Below are positions 37,997 through 46,335 of a DNA stretch of 64,000 nt, in pieces. The notes beneath the pieces were generated by a model. The model saw nothing but the letters and a program-made list of their open reading frames with translations. It was not told the origin of the DNA and searched no databases. The stretch's first letter is position 1. Each line of letters opens with the position of its first letter. This stretch comes from Chloroflexota bacterium (lineage in GTDB: Bacteria > Chloroflexota > Anaerolineae > Anaerolineales > Anaerolineaceae): positions 4,752 through 68,751 of the forward strand of contig JAAZNC010000081.1 of the NCBI GenBank assembly GCA_012798455.1, read 5' to 3'. Made by a program: the position numbers and the translations under genes.

Positions 37997-39121
37997 TTAG
38001 TTCAGGTGTTTGATATAAACCCTGCGGCGCTTATGCTGGCGGGTTTCGAAATGCTTCCATTGCACCTGCACTGCCAAATTATCTTCCAGTTCTGGGTTGG
38101 ATTCCACAGAAGTAATTCCCATCTTGCTGAAGACTCTCAGTAAATGTTCCATCAGCATGGCATTCACCCCTTTGCCTTGGAAGTCATGGCGAATGGCGAC
38201 CAGGTAAAGATCTCCCTTATCATTTGTATGCAGTGCTCGCAGGAGATAAAGGAAACCCACTGGCAGAAGTCTGCCCTTTGATTTCTGCAGCGCCAGTGAA
38301 AGCGAGGGCATGGCGATCCCGAAGGCAACCATATGCTCCTGTTCATCCAGCACGATCGGCACGAATTCAGGGGAGATGAAGCCGAAATATTGCTGGATGT
38401 AAGCATCCATCTGCTCCCGGCTGAGAGGAGTGACCCCATACAGGTGTTGGTAAGCTTCATCCAGCAATTCGAACAACTGGTGAGCATAGCGCAGCAGTTC
38501 TTTTTTATTCTTGGCATTCAACAAATGCAGGTGATAGCGTTCTGCTACTACTTTTGCCAGTTTGCTGATCTTTTCCACTCCGCCTGCCGGAACCTTGATC
38601 TCGAATTCTACCCAGTCGATATCTTTGTGGTAACCGGCGTTTTCCATGTGAGTTCCGTAATAGGGATAATTGTAGATGGCTGCCAGCGTGCCCATCTCAT
38701 CGAACCCTTCCACTAGCAAGGCTTCCGGGTCCAAGTCAGTGAAACCCAACGGACCGTGCACCGCCTGCATGCCCTGCTCTTTTGCCCAGTCTTCGACGGT
38801 CTGTAACAATGCCTGAGAGACCTGAGGATCATCCACAAAATCGATCCAACCAAAGCGCGCATACGGGTTGCCCCAACGTTCATGATAACGCGGGTTGATG
38901 ATGCCTGCCACCCGACCAACCAATTTTCCATCTTTATATGCCAGCCAATATTTTGCCTGGCAGAATGCAAAGGCTGGATTCTTGTCTTTGCGCAGGGTAT
39001 TGAGTTCATCCGAGCGCAGAGTGGGTACCCAATAGGGATTGTTTTTATATAACTGGTAAGGGAAATTAACGAATTTTCGTAACGAGCGTGCATCGCTCGC
39101 TTCTTGGATGGTGATGGTCAT
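37997..39121 (-). CDS. uncharacterised ~375-aa acyltransferase-like protein (GNAT/FemAB-like family), paralog A
   Basis: The family signature FPYQLYKNNPYWVP ... NPAF ... FGWIDF ... VESNPELEDN ... WKHFETRQHKRRR is shared with the neighbouring gene. The start was moved to the ATG at 39121. Confidence 0.6.
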   Translation of the reverse strand: MTITIQEASDARSLRKFVNFPYQLYKNNPYWVPTLRSDELNTLRKDKNPAFAFCQAKYWLAYKDGKLVGRVAGIINPRYHERWGNPYARFGWIDFVDDPQVSQALLQTVEDWAKEQGMQAVHGPLGFTDLDPEALLVEGFDEMGTLAAIYNYPYYGTHMENAGYHKDIDWVEFEIKVPAGGVEKISKLAKVVAERYHLHLLNAKNKKELLRYAHQLFELLDEAYQHLYGVTPLSREQMDAYIQQYFGFISPEFVPIVLDEQEHMVAFGIAMPSLSLALQKSKGRLLPVGFLYLLRALHTNDKGDLYLVAIRHDFQGKGVNAMLMEHLLRVFSKMGITSVESNPELEDNLAVQVQWKHFETRQHKRRRVYIKHLN

Positions 39122-39262
39122 AAGTTCTGGTTTCCTTAATAAAAATAAATTTTGAAAAATACGATTTTTTATCATAACAGGGAAAATCAAAAAAAGATAC
39201 ATAAATAGTGCTCTTTCTCAAGCAGAAAGAGTGCTTTAACCTGCTCCTAACGAGTATTCATA

Positions 39263-40384
39263 CTAGGATAATTGTTTGATGAAGATACGGCGGCGTTTGT
39301 GCTGGCGGGTCTCAAAGTGTTTCCATTGCGACTGCACCTTGAAATTATCTTCCAGTTCGGGATTGGATTCCACCGTGCGGATGCCCATATCAAGGAATAC
39401 CTCCAGCATATTCGAGATGAGCATGGCATTGATGCCCATGCCCTGGTAATCGGGGTGGATGGCGATCAGGTACAGGTCTGCTTTATCGTTCTTGCGTAGC
39501 GCTTTTAGCACCGGGATGAACCCGCAGGGGTAGAGCCTGCCACGGTTTTTTTGCATGGCTTCAGAAAGCGAGGGCATGGCGATCCCAAAGGCAACCATGT
39601 GATCCTGTGCGTCCAGCACCATCGGGGCGAATTGGGTGGGGATGATGCCCAGATACTGGTCGATGTAAGCATCCACCTGTTCGCGGGTGAGGGGGGTGAC
39701 CCCATAATGCAGGTAGGCTTTTTCCATCAATTCAAAGATTTGTGGTGCATAACCCAACAGCTCTTTCCTGTTCCGGGGATTTAGAAAGTGCAGTTTATTG
39801 CGTTTGGCGACGATCTCCGCCAGCCTGCTGATTTTTTCCACCCTTTGCTCGGGCACTTTGATCTGAAATTCCACGTAATCGGTATCTTTGCTGTAACCGG
39901 CACATTGCATGTGTTCTTTATAGTACGGGAAGTGATATGAAGCTGCCAGGGTAGCGACCTCATCAAAGCCCTTGATCAGCATGGCTTCGGGATCCAGGTT
40001 GGTGAAGCCCAGTGGACCGTGAATAGCAGCCTGTTTTTCGGCATGTGCCCAATCTTCTACGGTTTTCAATAGTGCAGAAGATACTTCGAAGTCATCGATG
40101 AAATCGAACCAGCCAAAGCGGGCATAGCGCCGCTTGAAGCGTTCTTCAAAGCGTGGATTGAGAATGCCGGCGATGCGCCCGGCGAGCTTGCCATCATTAT
40201 ATGCCAGCCAGTACTTCGCCTGGCAATATGCAAAAGCCGGATTCTTGTCCCAACGCAGGGTGTTGAGCACATTGGCACGCATGGATGGTACCCAATAGGG
40301 ATTATCTTTGTACAACTGGTAGGGAAAATCCACGAATTTCTTCAACATTGGAATGGTCTTTACTTCTTGAACGGTGATAGGCAT
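39263..40384 (-). CDS. uncharacterised ~375-aa acyltransferase-like protein, paralog B (tandem duplicate)
   Basis: Collinear with paralog A along the full length. The start was moved to the ATG at 40384, seven nt after GGAGGA (the track start is a TTG at 40399). Confidence 0.6.
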   Translation of the reverse strand: MPITVQEVKTIPMLKKFVDFPYQLYKDNPYWVPSMRANVLNTLRWDKNPAFAYCQAKYWLAYNDGKLAGRIAGILNPRFEERFKRRYARFGWFDFIDDFEVSSALLKTVEDWAHAEKQAAIHGPLGFTNLDPEAMLIKGFDEVATLAASYHFPYYKEHMQCAGYSKDTDYVEFQIKVPEQRVEKISRLAEIVAKRNKLHFLNPRNRKELLGYAPQIFELMEKAYLHYGVTPLTREQVDAYIDQYLGIIPTQFAPMVLDAQDHMVAFGIAMPSLSEAMQKNRGRLYPCGFIPVLKALRKNDKADLYLIAIHPDYQGMGINAMLISNMLEVFLDMGIRTVESNPELEDNFKVQSQWKHFETRQHKRRRIFIKQLS

Positions 40385-40520
40385 ATTCTCATCCTCCAAT
40401 GGTGCAGTTTAACAAAATGAATGCATTTATGATAACAACAAGAATTATATTGTATCCAGAGGAATATGATAAAGAAGGCAGTAATTTTCTCTGTGACTAT
40501 GACAAATTACTACCAATTCC

Positions 40521-40549
40521 TTGACAAACTTCCTGTTCTCTGATAAAAA
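40521..40549 (+). promoter_or_regulatory. sigma70-type promoter of the glnA leader
   Basis: TTGACA (40521-40526), a 17 nt spacer, then TAAAAA (40544-40549). Confidence 0.55.
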
Positions 40550-40591
40550 TGCACCTAATTAAGTACCTTACAATTGCATATATGGAGAAAT

Positions 40592-40804
40592 AGCGGCTGG
40601 GTCTCACATGGTGAGATCACGAGGTGAAGGTTCCATCCTGCGAGGGATGGTTAACCCGGGTGACCGGGGAAGATCGGATTGATCAGCGGATGCCTTCGGA
40701 GTCCTGCCACGGGCTCCTTTCTCCCTTCCGAAAGAAGCGTTAGGTGAAACCCCGCCAGTGATGGTGGTGACAAGCCGATCGCGGTGGTCAGGATATTTTT
40801 CCTG
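40592..40804 (+). ncRNA. structured cis-regulatory leader RNA with glmS-ribozyme-like sequence blocks and helices
   Basis: Blocks occur in glmS order: AGCGGCUGG, ACGAGG, AUCGGAUUGAUCAGCGGAUGCCUUC, CGUUAG and GUGAAACC. Helices P1, P2, P2a, P3 and P4.1 and a P3.1-type pseudoknot can all be drawn. The comparison was made from memory, not by covariance-model search. Confidence 0.5.
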
Positions 40805-40852
40805 TTGTTATTGATGGAAGGGCAGCCAAGAGCGTTTTTATTTTGTGAAAAA

Positions 40853-40884
40853 CAGGCATGCCCGGCGTGCCTGTTTATTTATTT
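40853..40884 (+). terminator. intrinsic terminator (attenuator) 26 nt upstream of the glnA start codon
   Basis: CAGGCATGC-CCG-GCGTGCCTG 9-bp stem followed by TTTATTTATTT. No space is left for an independent glnA promoter. Confidence 0.75.
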
Positions 40885-40910
40885 AATTGTCAATGCCAAA
40901 GGAGAAAGCA

Positions 40911-42242
40911 ATGGACAAGAAAGAGTTATTTGAAAGAATTGAAGCGGATGGGGTTAAATTCGTCAGCTATCAATTTTCCGATGTGACCGGAAAAGTGAAG
41001 AGCGTGGATGCCCCGGTGGAAAGGCTTGAAGAAGCCCTGGATTATGGAGTGTGGTTCGATGGTTCTTCGGTAGAGGGATTCGCCCGCATTCAAGAGAGCG
41101 ATATGCACCTGATTGTGGATATGGATTCTTACGCTGTCTTACCATGGACTCCTGCTGACAACAAACGCGCACGTTTCTTTTGCGATATCTATACTCCCGA
41201 TGGAGAACCCTTCGATGGCGACCCGCGCGGACTGCTGCGCAAATGGGTCAATAAATTGGATGAAAAAGGTTGGACCTTTAACGTTGGTCCCGAACCCGAA
41301 TTCTTCCTCTTCCTGCAAAATGAGCATATCCACCCGGTGCCTCATGATGTAGGTGGTTATTTTGATTTTTCCTCCAATGACTCGGCTGCCCAGGTACGTG
41401 CTGAGTTGGTGAATGCCCTTAATTCTATGGGCTTGGAAGTGGAATTTGCTCACCATGAGGTGGCGCTCGGTCAGCATGAGATCGATTTCCGTTTTGCGGA
41501 TGCTCTCAAAACAGCCGACAATGTGATGACCCTCAAATATACCGTCAAAGCCATTGCTGCACAGCACGGGTTAGTGGCGTCCTTCATGCCCAAACCTATT
41601 TTCGGTATCAACGGTTCCGGTATGCACTGCCACCAATCCATTTTCGATGAGAGCGGCAGGAATTTGTTCTTTGATGCCAAAGATGAATTTCACCTTTCCA
41701 AATTAGCCTACGGTTTTATCGCCGGTCAGCTTGCACATGCCAAGGCACTGGCTGCCATTGTGGCCCCCACTGTGAACTCCTACAAACGTCTGGTGCCCGG
41801 TTATGAAGCACCGGTATATGTGGGTTGGGCGCAGATCAATCGCTCTGCTTTGATCCGCATCCCGCGCTACACCGTCGGCAAAGACAAAGCCATGCGCGCC
41901 GAACTGCGCTTCCCCGATCCTTCTAGCAATCCCTACCTGGCATTCAGTGCCATGATCGCAGCCGCTCTGGATGGTATCGACCGGGGTCTTACCCCACCCA
42001 AACCGCTCAACAATGTCAACATCTTCGAACTTTCTCCCGAAGAACGCGTAACCCGCGGCATCGAATCACTGCCCGGTTCGCTCAAAGATGCCCTGGCAAT
42101 GCTGGCAGCTGATGACCTGATCAAAGATGCCATCGGGGCGAAACTATATTCTGCTTTCTATCGTGCCAAAGAAGAAGAGTGGGAAGATTATCGCATTCAT
42201 GTCACCGATTGGGAAGAAGAGCATTATCTGGAGAGCGCCTAG
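40911..42242 (+). CDS. glnA: glutamine synthetase type I (GSI-alpha-like)
   Basis: Full-length GS sequence (FDGSSVEGF, GPEPEFFLF, HHEVALGQHEIDF, KPIFGINGSGMHCHQS, NSYKRLVPGYEAP). The start was moved to the ATG at 40911, seven nt after AAGGAG. Confidence 0.95.
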   Translation: MDKKELFERIEADGVKFVSYQFSDVTGKVKSVDAPVERLEEALDYGVWFDGSSVEGFARIQESDMHLIVDMDSYAVLPWTPADNKRARFFCDIYTPDGEPFDGDPRGLLRKWVNKLDEKGWTFNVGPEPEFFLFLQNEHIHPVPHDVGGYFDFSSNDSAAQVRAELVNALNSMGLEVEFAHHEVALGQHEIDFRFADALKTADNVMTLKYTVKAIAAQHGLVASFMPKPIFGINGSGMHCHQSIFDESGRNLFFDAKDEFHLSKLAYGFIAGQLAHAKALAAIVAPTVNSYKRLVPGYEAPVYVGWAQINRSALIRIPRYTVGKDKAMRAELRFPDPSSNPYLAFSAMIAAALDGIDRGLTPPKPLNNVNIFELSPEERVTRGIESLPGSLKDALAMLAADDLIKDAIGAKLYSAFYRAKEEEWEDYRIHVTDWEEEHYLESA

Positions 42243-42267
42243 TACCTAAGATTAATTGACCATATCG

Positions 42268-42305
42268 AAGGAGAGCCTTCCACTTGGATGGCTCTTTTCT
42301 TTTTT
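42268..42305. terminator. terminator-like hairpin between convergent glnA and ttuA
   Basis: GAAGGAGAGCC ... GGCTCTTTTC stem followed by TTTTTT. It overlaps the ttuA stop codon. Confidence 0.55.
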
Positions 42306-43227
42306 ACTTACTGCTCACCAGGCGACAAAAGGTGCATAAGCCATCACTTTGGGTAGGTTGTCCGCAATGGCCGCAGCGCTTTTTCTCCAATACTTCGGCA
42401 TCTTCCTGTTGCTGTGGGAAGATGCCCTGTTCCAGGGCGCGCAGATAACCCAGATAGAATTGAGCTTTGAATCCCGTTTGCTGATCTTCCATCTGATTCA
42501 ACAAGAGCTTGTTGCGCAATTGTTTGCTGCCTTCCGCATAAGGGCATTCACTGTAGATGTACTGGATCCCGCTCAGAATGGCGTAAGCGGCGCATTCGCG
42601 CTCGTAGAACTGGCAGAAGGGTTTGGCTTTCCTTACGAAGCCCGTGATGGCGGGCAGCAGCGGATATTGGCGTCCCAGATACTGCAGAGACCAGTGGGTG
42701 AGATTGGAAAATAGAAATGCCGCTTCGTCATCCAGGTTGTGGGCGGTCACGATGGCATCATAATCACCCTCCAGCGCTTGCTTGTTCAACAGGTAGCGTT
42801 TCACCAATCCGCATTGCGAACAGGGTTTGGTATGCCCGCGTTTGGTGCGCCTGCCCATCTCGGGGATGCTCTCACCGTATTCTGCCTGGATGTCAATTAC
42901 CCGCAGGTTCAAGCCGCGTTGTGCGGCGAACTGGTGTGCATATTCCCCGGATTGGCTGGAATATGGCTCCTCTTCATCAATGCCCAGATCAAGATATAAC
43001 CCATCCACCGCATATCCCAATTTCCACACGATGTCCCACAGTGAAAGCGAATCCTTGCCTCCTGACACCGCCACCAGCAGGCGCTCGTCGTGGCTGAACA
43101 TGCCGAATTTCCGGATGGTGCGTTCGGTTTGCAGCACCATCCAATCTACAAAATGTTGCTTGCATAGCGCCAGGTTGTGGTGGCGCATATCAATCACGGC
43201 ATCGCGCTGGCATTTCTTGCATTTCAT
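42304..43227 (-). CDS. ttuA: tRNA 2-thiolation PP-loop ATPase, TtuA-like
   Basis: N-terminal CxxC...CxxH zinc finger, the SGGKDS PP-loop, CSQCG and ECP cluster cysteines, and a C-terminal CGHCG...CTFC zinc finger. Collinear with Thermus TtuA as I recall it. Confidence 0.8.
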   Translation of the reverse strand: MKCKKCQRDAVIDMRHHNLALCKQHFVDWMVLQTERTIRKFGMFSHDERLLVAVSGGKDSLSLWDIVWKLGYAVDGLYLDLGIDEEEPYSSQSGEYAHQFAAQRGLNLRVIDIQAEYGESIPEMGRRTKRGHTKPCSQCGLVKRYLLNKQALEGDYDAIVTAHNLDDEAAFLFSNLTHWSLQYLGRQYPLLPAITGFVRKAKPFCQFYERECAAYAILSGIQYIYSECPYAEGSKQLRNKLLLNQMEDQQTGFKAQFYLGYLRALEQGIFPQQQEDAEVLEKKRCGHCGQPTQSDGLCTFCRLVSSK

Positions 43228-43229
43228 GC

Positions 43230-43424
43230 TTATCCGCCTGAAACCACCGCGATCAATTCCACCACCTCACCCTCCAGGATGCGTTCATCGGCGGTGAGCA
43301 GTTCCCCGTTGCGCACTGCCAGGAAAGCCTGCGGGGAAAGCTGCAGGTCTTGCATGATGCGGTAGAGCGGGCGGTTGCCCCTGACGCTGATCTCTTTATC
43401 ACGGATTTTGATCGTAACTGCCAT
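43230..43424 (-). CDS. ttuB: ThiS/MoaD-fold sulfur-carrier protein ending in Gly-Gly (TtuB-like)
   Basis: 64 aa, MAVTIK...VVSGG-stop, with GGAG five nt before the ATG at 43424. Its stop is 2 nt before the ttuA start. The track ORF is N-terminally over-extended. Confidence 0.7.
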   Translation of the reverse strand: MAVTIKIRDKEISVRGNRPLYRIMQDLQLSPQAFLAVRNGELLTADERILEGEVVELIAVVSGG

Positions 43425-43440
43425 GTTTCTCCATCTTGAC

Positions 43441-44451
43441 TTATTTAGAAAAATAGGCACACACCAGGTCATCCACCATGCTGCTATGCGCATGTAAGCT
43501 GGTCAAAGAAATGCTGATCACAATGCTTGCTTGGCTGGGGATGACGATGATGCGCTGCCCTCCCACACCACAGGCAGAAAAGCTGGGCAGGCAGCCCTGC
43601 ACCACATTGTGATCTACCCACCAACCATAGCCGTATTGGTCTGTGTCGTTTACTTTGATGACCGGGCGGGTGGCAGCGTCTAACCATTGCTGCGCTATGA
43701 TCTGTTTTCCCTCCCACTTGCCATGCTGGTAGCACAGTATGCCGATCTTGAGCATATCCTCGGCACGCAGGTATAGGTCCGAACCACCGAAGGGCACCCC
43801 CTGCGGGTCACATGCCCAGTACAAGTCGTGAATACCTAAGGGGTGAAAGAAATGTTCACCAGCATAGTGCAGCAAATTACTGCCCAGTACCCGTTCCAGC
43901 AGGCAATTCGCTAAATGAAAATTGGCGGAGGAATAACAGTGGTTCCTGCCGGGTTGATCTTGTAGCGGGTAGTGCAGGATGGTCTGCAGCCAGTTGGCGG
44001 TGGAAAGCAGCTTGCGCATAGATTTCAAGTCATCCACCGTCGGCAATCCGGATGTGTTGCTCAATAGGTGCTTCAGGCGGATGGTCGCCTTGGGATCATC
44101 TGCCGGGATCTCCGGGAAGTACAGGCGGATGGGATCCTCCAAATGGGCGAGGATATCTTTCCCAAATACCAAGCCTGCCAGCAGGGAAGTGATGGTCTTG
44201 GTCACCGAGCGTACGTTCTTCAATTCTCCATGGAAGTCACTCAGGGGAGAGCGCATGAAAGGCATCAGGTGGATGATGGCGTTGGCGAATTTTTTCAACA
44301 GGTTGGTCTCAGCGTCGAGCCTCGCATACGCATTGCTGCTGTCCAGCAGTAATGCGCCTTGCTGCCACACCAGCAGGCGCAACAGGGTGGGGTGGGCATC
44401 CACCAACTGCTCGTATAGATCGCTCACATCTATATGCTTATCCTGATCCAT
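43441..44451 (-). CDS. serine hydrolase, beta-lactamase/PBP4*-like family
   Basis: SVTK (SxxK) motif in a class-C-like context. The start was moved to the ATG at 44451, six nt after AGAGGA. Confidence 0.7.
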   Translation of the reverse strand: MDQDKHIDVSDLYEQLVDAHPTLLRLLVWQQGALLLDSSNAYARLDAETNLLKKFANAIIHLMPFMRSPLSDFHGELKNVRSVTKTITSLLAGLVFGKDILAHLEDPIRLYFPEIPADDPKATIRLKHLLSNTSGLPTVDDLKSMRKLLSTANWLQTILHYPLQDQPGRNHCYSSANFHLANCLLERVLGSNLLHYAGEHFFHPLGIHDLYWACDPQGVPFGGSDLYLRAEDMLKIGILCYQHGKWEGKQIIAQQWLDAATRPVIKVNDTDQYGYGWWVDHNVVQGCLPSFSACGVGGQRIIVIPSQASIVISISLTSLHAHSSMVDDLVCAYFSK

Positions 44452-44544
44452 GGAAATTCCTCTTTTCATTAACTTTATCGTATTTTCAAGCGCCTGCCAA
44501 ATTTCTGATTATAATCAGCCTACCGAAATGGAAATAACCTTGTC

Positions 44545-46239
44545 ATGATCTTTGATAGATACTTCCTGCGCCTGTTCCAGATCTTGCTGGTGCTGCTGTT
44601 TGCCATCAGTGCCTCCGGTGCCATCCTGGGTTTTGCCGGTATCTATCATCCTCTTAATGAATATATCGCAGTAATTCTTATCGTAGCGGCAGTTCTTCCT
44701 TTTGTATGGAAGCAATCTCATATTTTCAAAGAGCATACCAGCCAGCCAACTTTGCCACGTTGGAGTTCCATGCTGCTGTTGCTGTGTGGTGCTGTGATCT
44801 TGCTGGTGCTGGTGTTCTACCCGCTCGTGCGCTGGCCACTCTCGCATGCCGGTGATTGGTTTCCTTGGGATGCCGGGGTTTACCATTTCCCCAAAGCAGT
44901 GGAACTTTACCGCAGTACTTCCATCTGGGATATGAGTATTGCCTATGCCGATTATCCTTTCGGATATGAGAGCCTGCTCAGTTTCATGCTGCTGTTGAGT
45001 GGTGATCTCAACCTGTTTGGTCCATTACATGGCTTGCTACTGCTCTTCTTTGTGAGTGCCTTCTGGTTGTTGGGGCGCAAAATGACCAAATTAGATGGAG
45101 GGCTGTTACTGTTCCTGATAGCAGTACTGCTGTTGAGCGACCATTTCTTCCAATTCTTGAACCTGTGGCGTGTTTTCACACTCGATATCTACACGGTTGG
45201 CAAGAATGACCTGCTGCTGGCTACCTCGCTGTTGGCAGCACTGTTCTATTTCTATCAGATCCAATTTTCCTATAAAAAGGGCATACTGGGTTTTGCCCTG
45301 GCTTCCAGTCTGGCTGCCAGCGTCAAACCCAATGCCCTGTATGTGCTGTTCCCCCTGTGGTTGTTCCTCTTCATCCGCTTTTATAAGCAGCATCTAACTT
45401 CGCTGCTGGCGCATGCTCTGTTGCTCATCCCCGGCCTGCTGTGGCTGGTGCGCAATTTTATCGCCTTGGGTAGCTATGCCAGCGCCGATGCCAGTCGTCT
45501 GGCAAGCTGGAGCATCGCCGCTAACCTGGGTAACCCTTATTTCTACCAGCATATCCCTAAGAACCTGCTGCTGGCGGGAATTGTGGTGCTGTTCGAGATT
45601 ATCCTGGCTTTTGTGGATAAAAAAGAACACTACTGGAATGCCATTCTCAGTTTGGTGTTGCTGGTGGCGTTCATCAGTACCCCCGTGACAGCTTATTTTG
45701 GCGATACGCAGACCGCTCCCAACATCAACTGGCGCTTCGGAGAAGCACTGTTGGTCTTTCTGGCGTTGCTGTTATGGAATGATATCGCACTGCTGTTGAA
45801 AAAGATAAAGATCGGTCAACCCGTATCCCATGTTATGGCGATAAGCTTAAGCATAGCAGCCCTGCTGCTGGCGGGGTGGCTACTGATCGATCAGCGCGCT
45901 ATGCTGCACAGCGTGCCGGAAAATGCCTTCATCCTGCATGATCAGTTTAAAGAAAGTGTGGGTGTAGATGGGTATTACAGTGCTTATGATTATGTCCAGC
46001 GCCATGCGCATGCTGCGGTGGTGTGGGTCGAGAATGGATTGCCCTTTTATGCCTATGATTCAGCCTTCAGCAACACCATCAGCCGCCAGAGTCCCCCGGA
46101 TTATGTGCTGGGATTCAACACCGATTGGTTTGGGGACGGCGATGGTGGATTTCCGCATCTGGTAGAAGAATTCCTGGCAGATCCGGCTTACCAGGTGGTT
46201 TATCAGGATTCGCAGGGCATTGTGCTGCACCGCCGGTAG
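44545..46239 (+). CDS. polytopic membrane protein, possibly a GT-C-type glycosyltransferase (ArnT/PMT-like)
   Basis: 564 aa with about 12 hydrophobic segments followed by a soluble C-terminal domain. The assignment rests on architecture only. Confidence 0.5.
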   Translation: MIFDRYFLRLFQILLVLLFAISASGAILGFAGIYHPLNEYIAVILIVAAVLPFVWKQSHIFKEHTSQPTLPRWSSMLLLLCGAVILLVLVFYPLVRWPLSHAGDWFPWDAGVYHFPKAVELYRSTSIWDMSIAYADYPFGYESLLSFMLLLSGDLNLFGPLHGLLLLFFVSAFWLLGRKMTKLDGGLLLFLIAVLLLSDHFFQFLNLWRVFTLDIYTVGKNDLLLATSLLAALFYFYQIQFSYKKGILGFALASSLAASVKPNALYVLFPLWLFLFIRFYKQHLTSLLAHALLLIPGLLWLVRNFIALGSYASADASRLASWSIAANLGNPYFYQHIPKNLLLAGIVVLFEIILAFVDKKEHYWNAILSLVLLVAFISTPVTAYFGDTQTAPNINWRFGEALLVFLALLLWNDIALLLKKIKIGQPVSHVMAISLSIAALLLAGWLLIDQRAMLHSVPENAFILHDQFKESVGVDGYYSAYDYVQRHAHAAVVWVENGLPFYAYDSAFSNTISRQSPPDYVLGFNTDWFGDGDGGFPHLVEEFLADPAYQVVYQDSQGIVLHRR

Positions 46240-46335
46240 GATATGAATATCTGCCAAACGGTGGATATTTTCGTCTAAATCAATACAATAAAGGAAATGT
46301 TTTCATATCCCATTTATTCAAGATAGGAAAAACCC

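Noticed and set aside
40550-40910. Alternative classifications of the glnA leader: glutamine riboswitch (glnA motif), T-box, cobalamin, FMN, M-box, ZTP or guanidine riboswitches, SRP or RNase P RNA
   Set aside because: - The element is far longer than the glutamine aptamer, and I could not find its conserved core.
- GGUGGU at 40763-40768 resembles a T-box fragment, but the rest of the T-box sequence and its spacing to the terminator do not fit.
- Only isolated short matches were seen for the others (GGUGAAA, GUUAGGUGA).
- The glmS-type threading explains many more positions. None of this was tested with covariance models.
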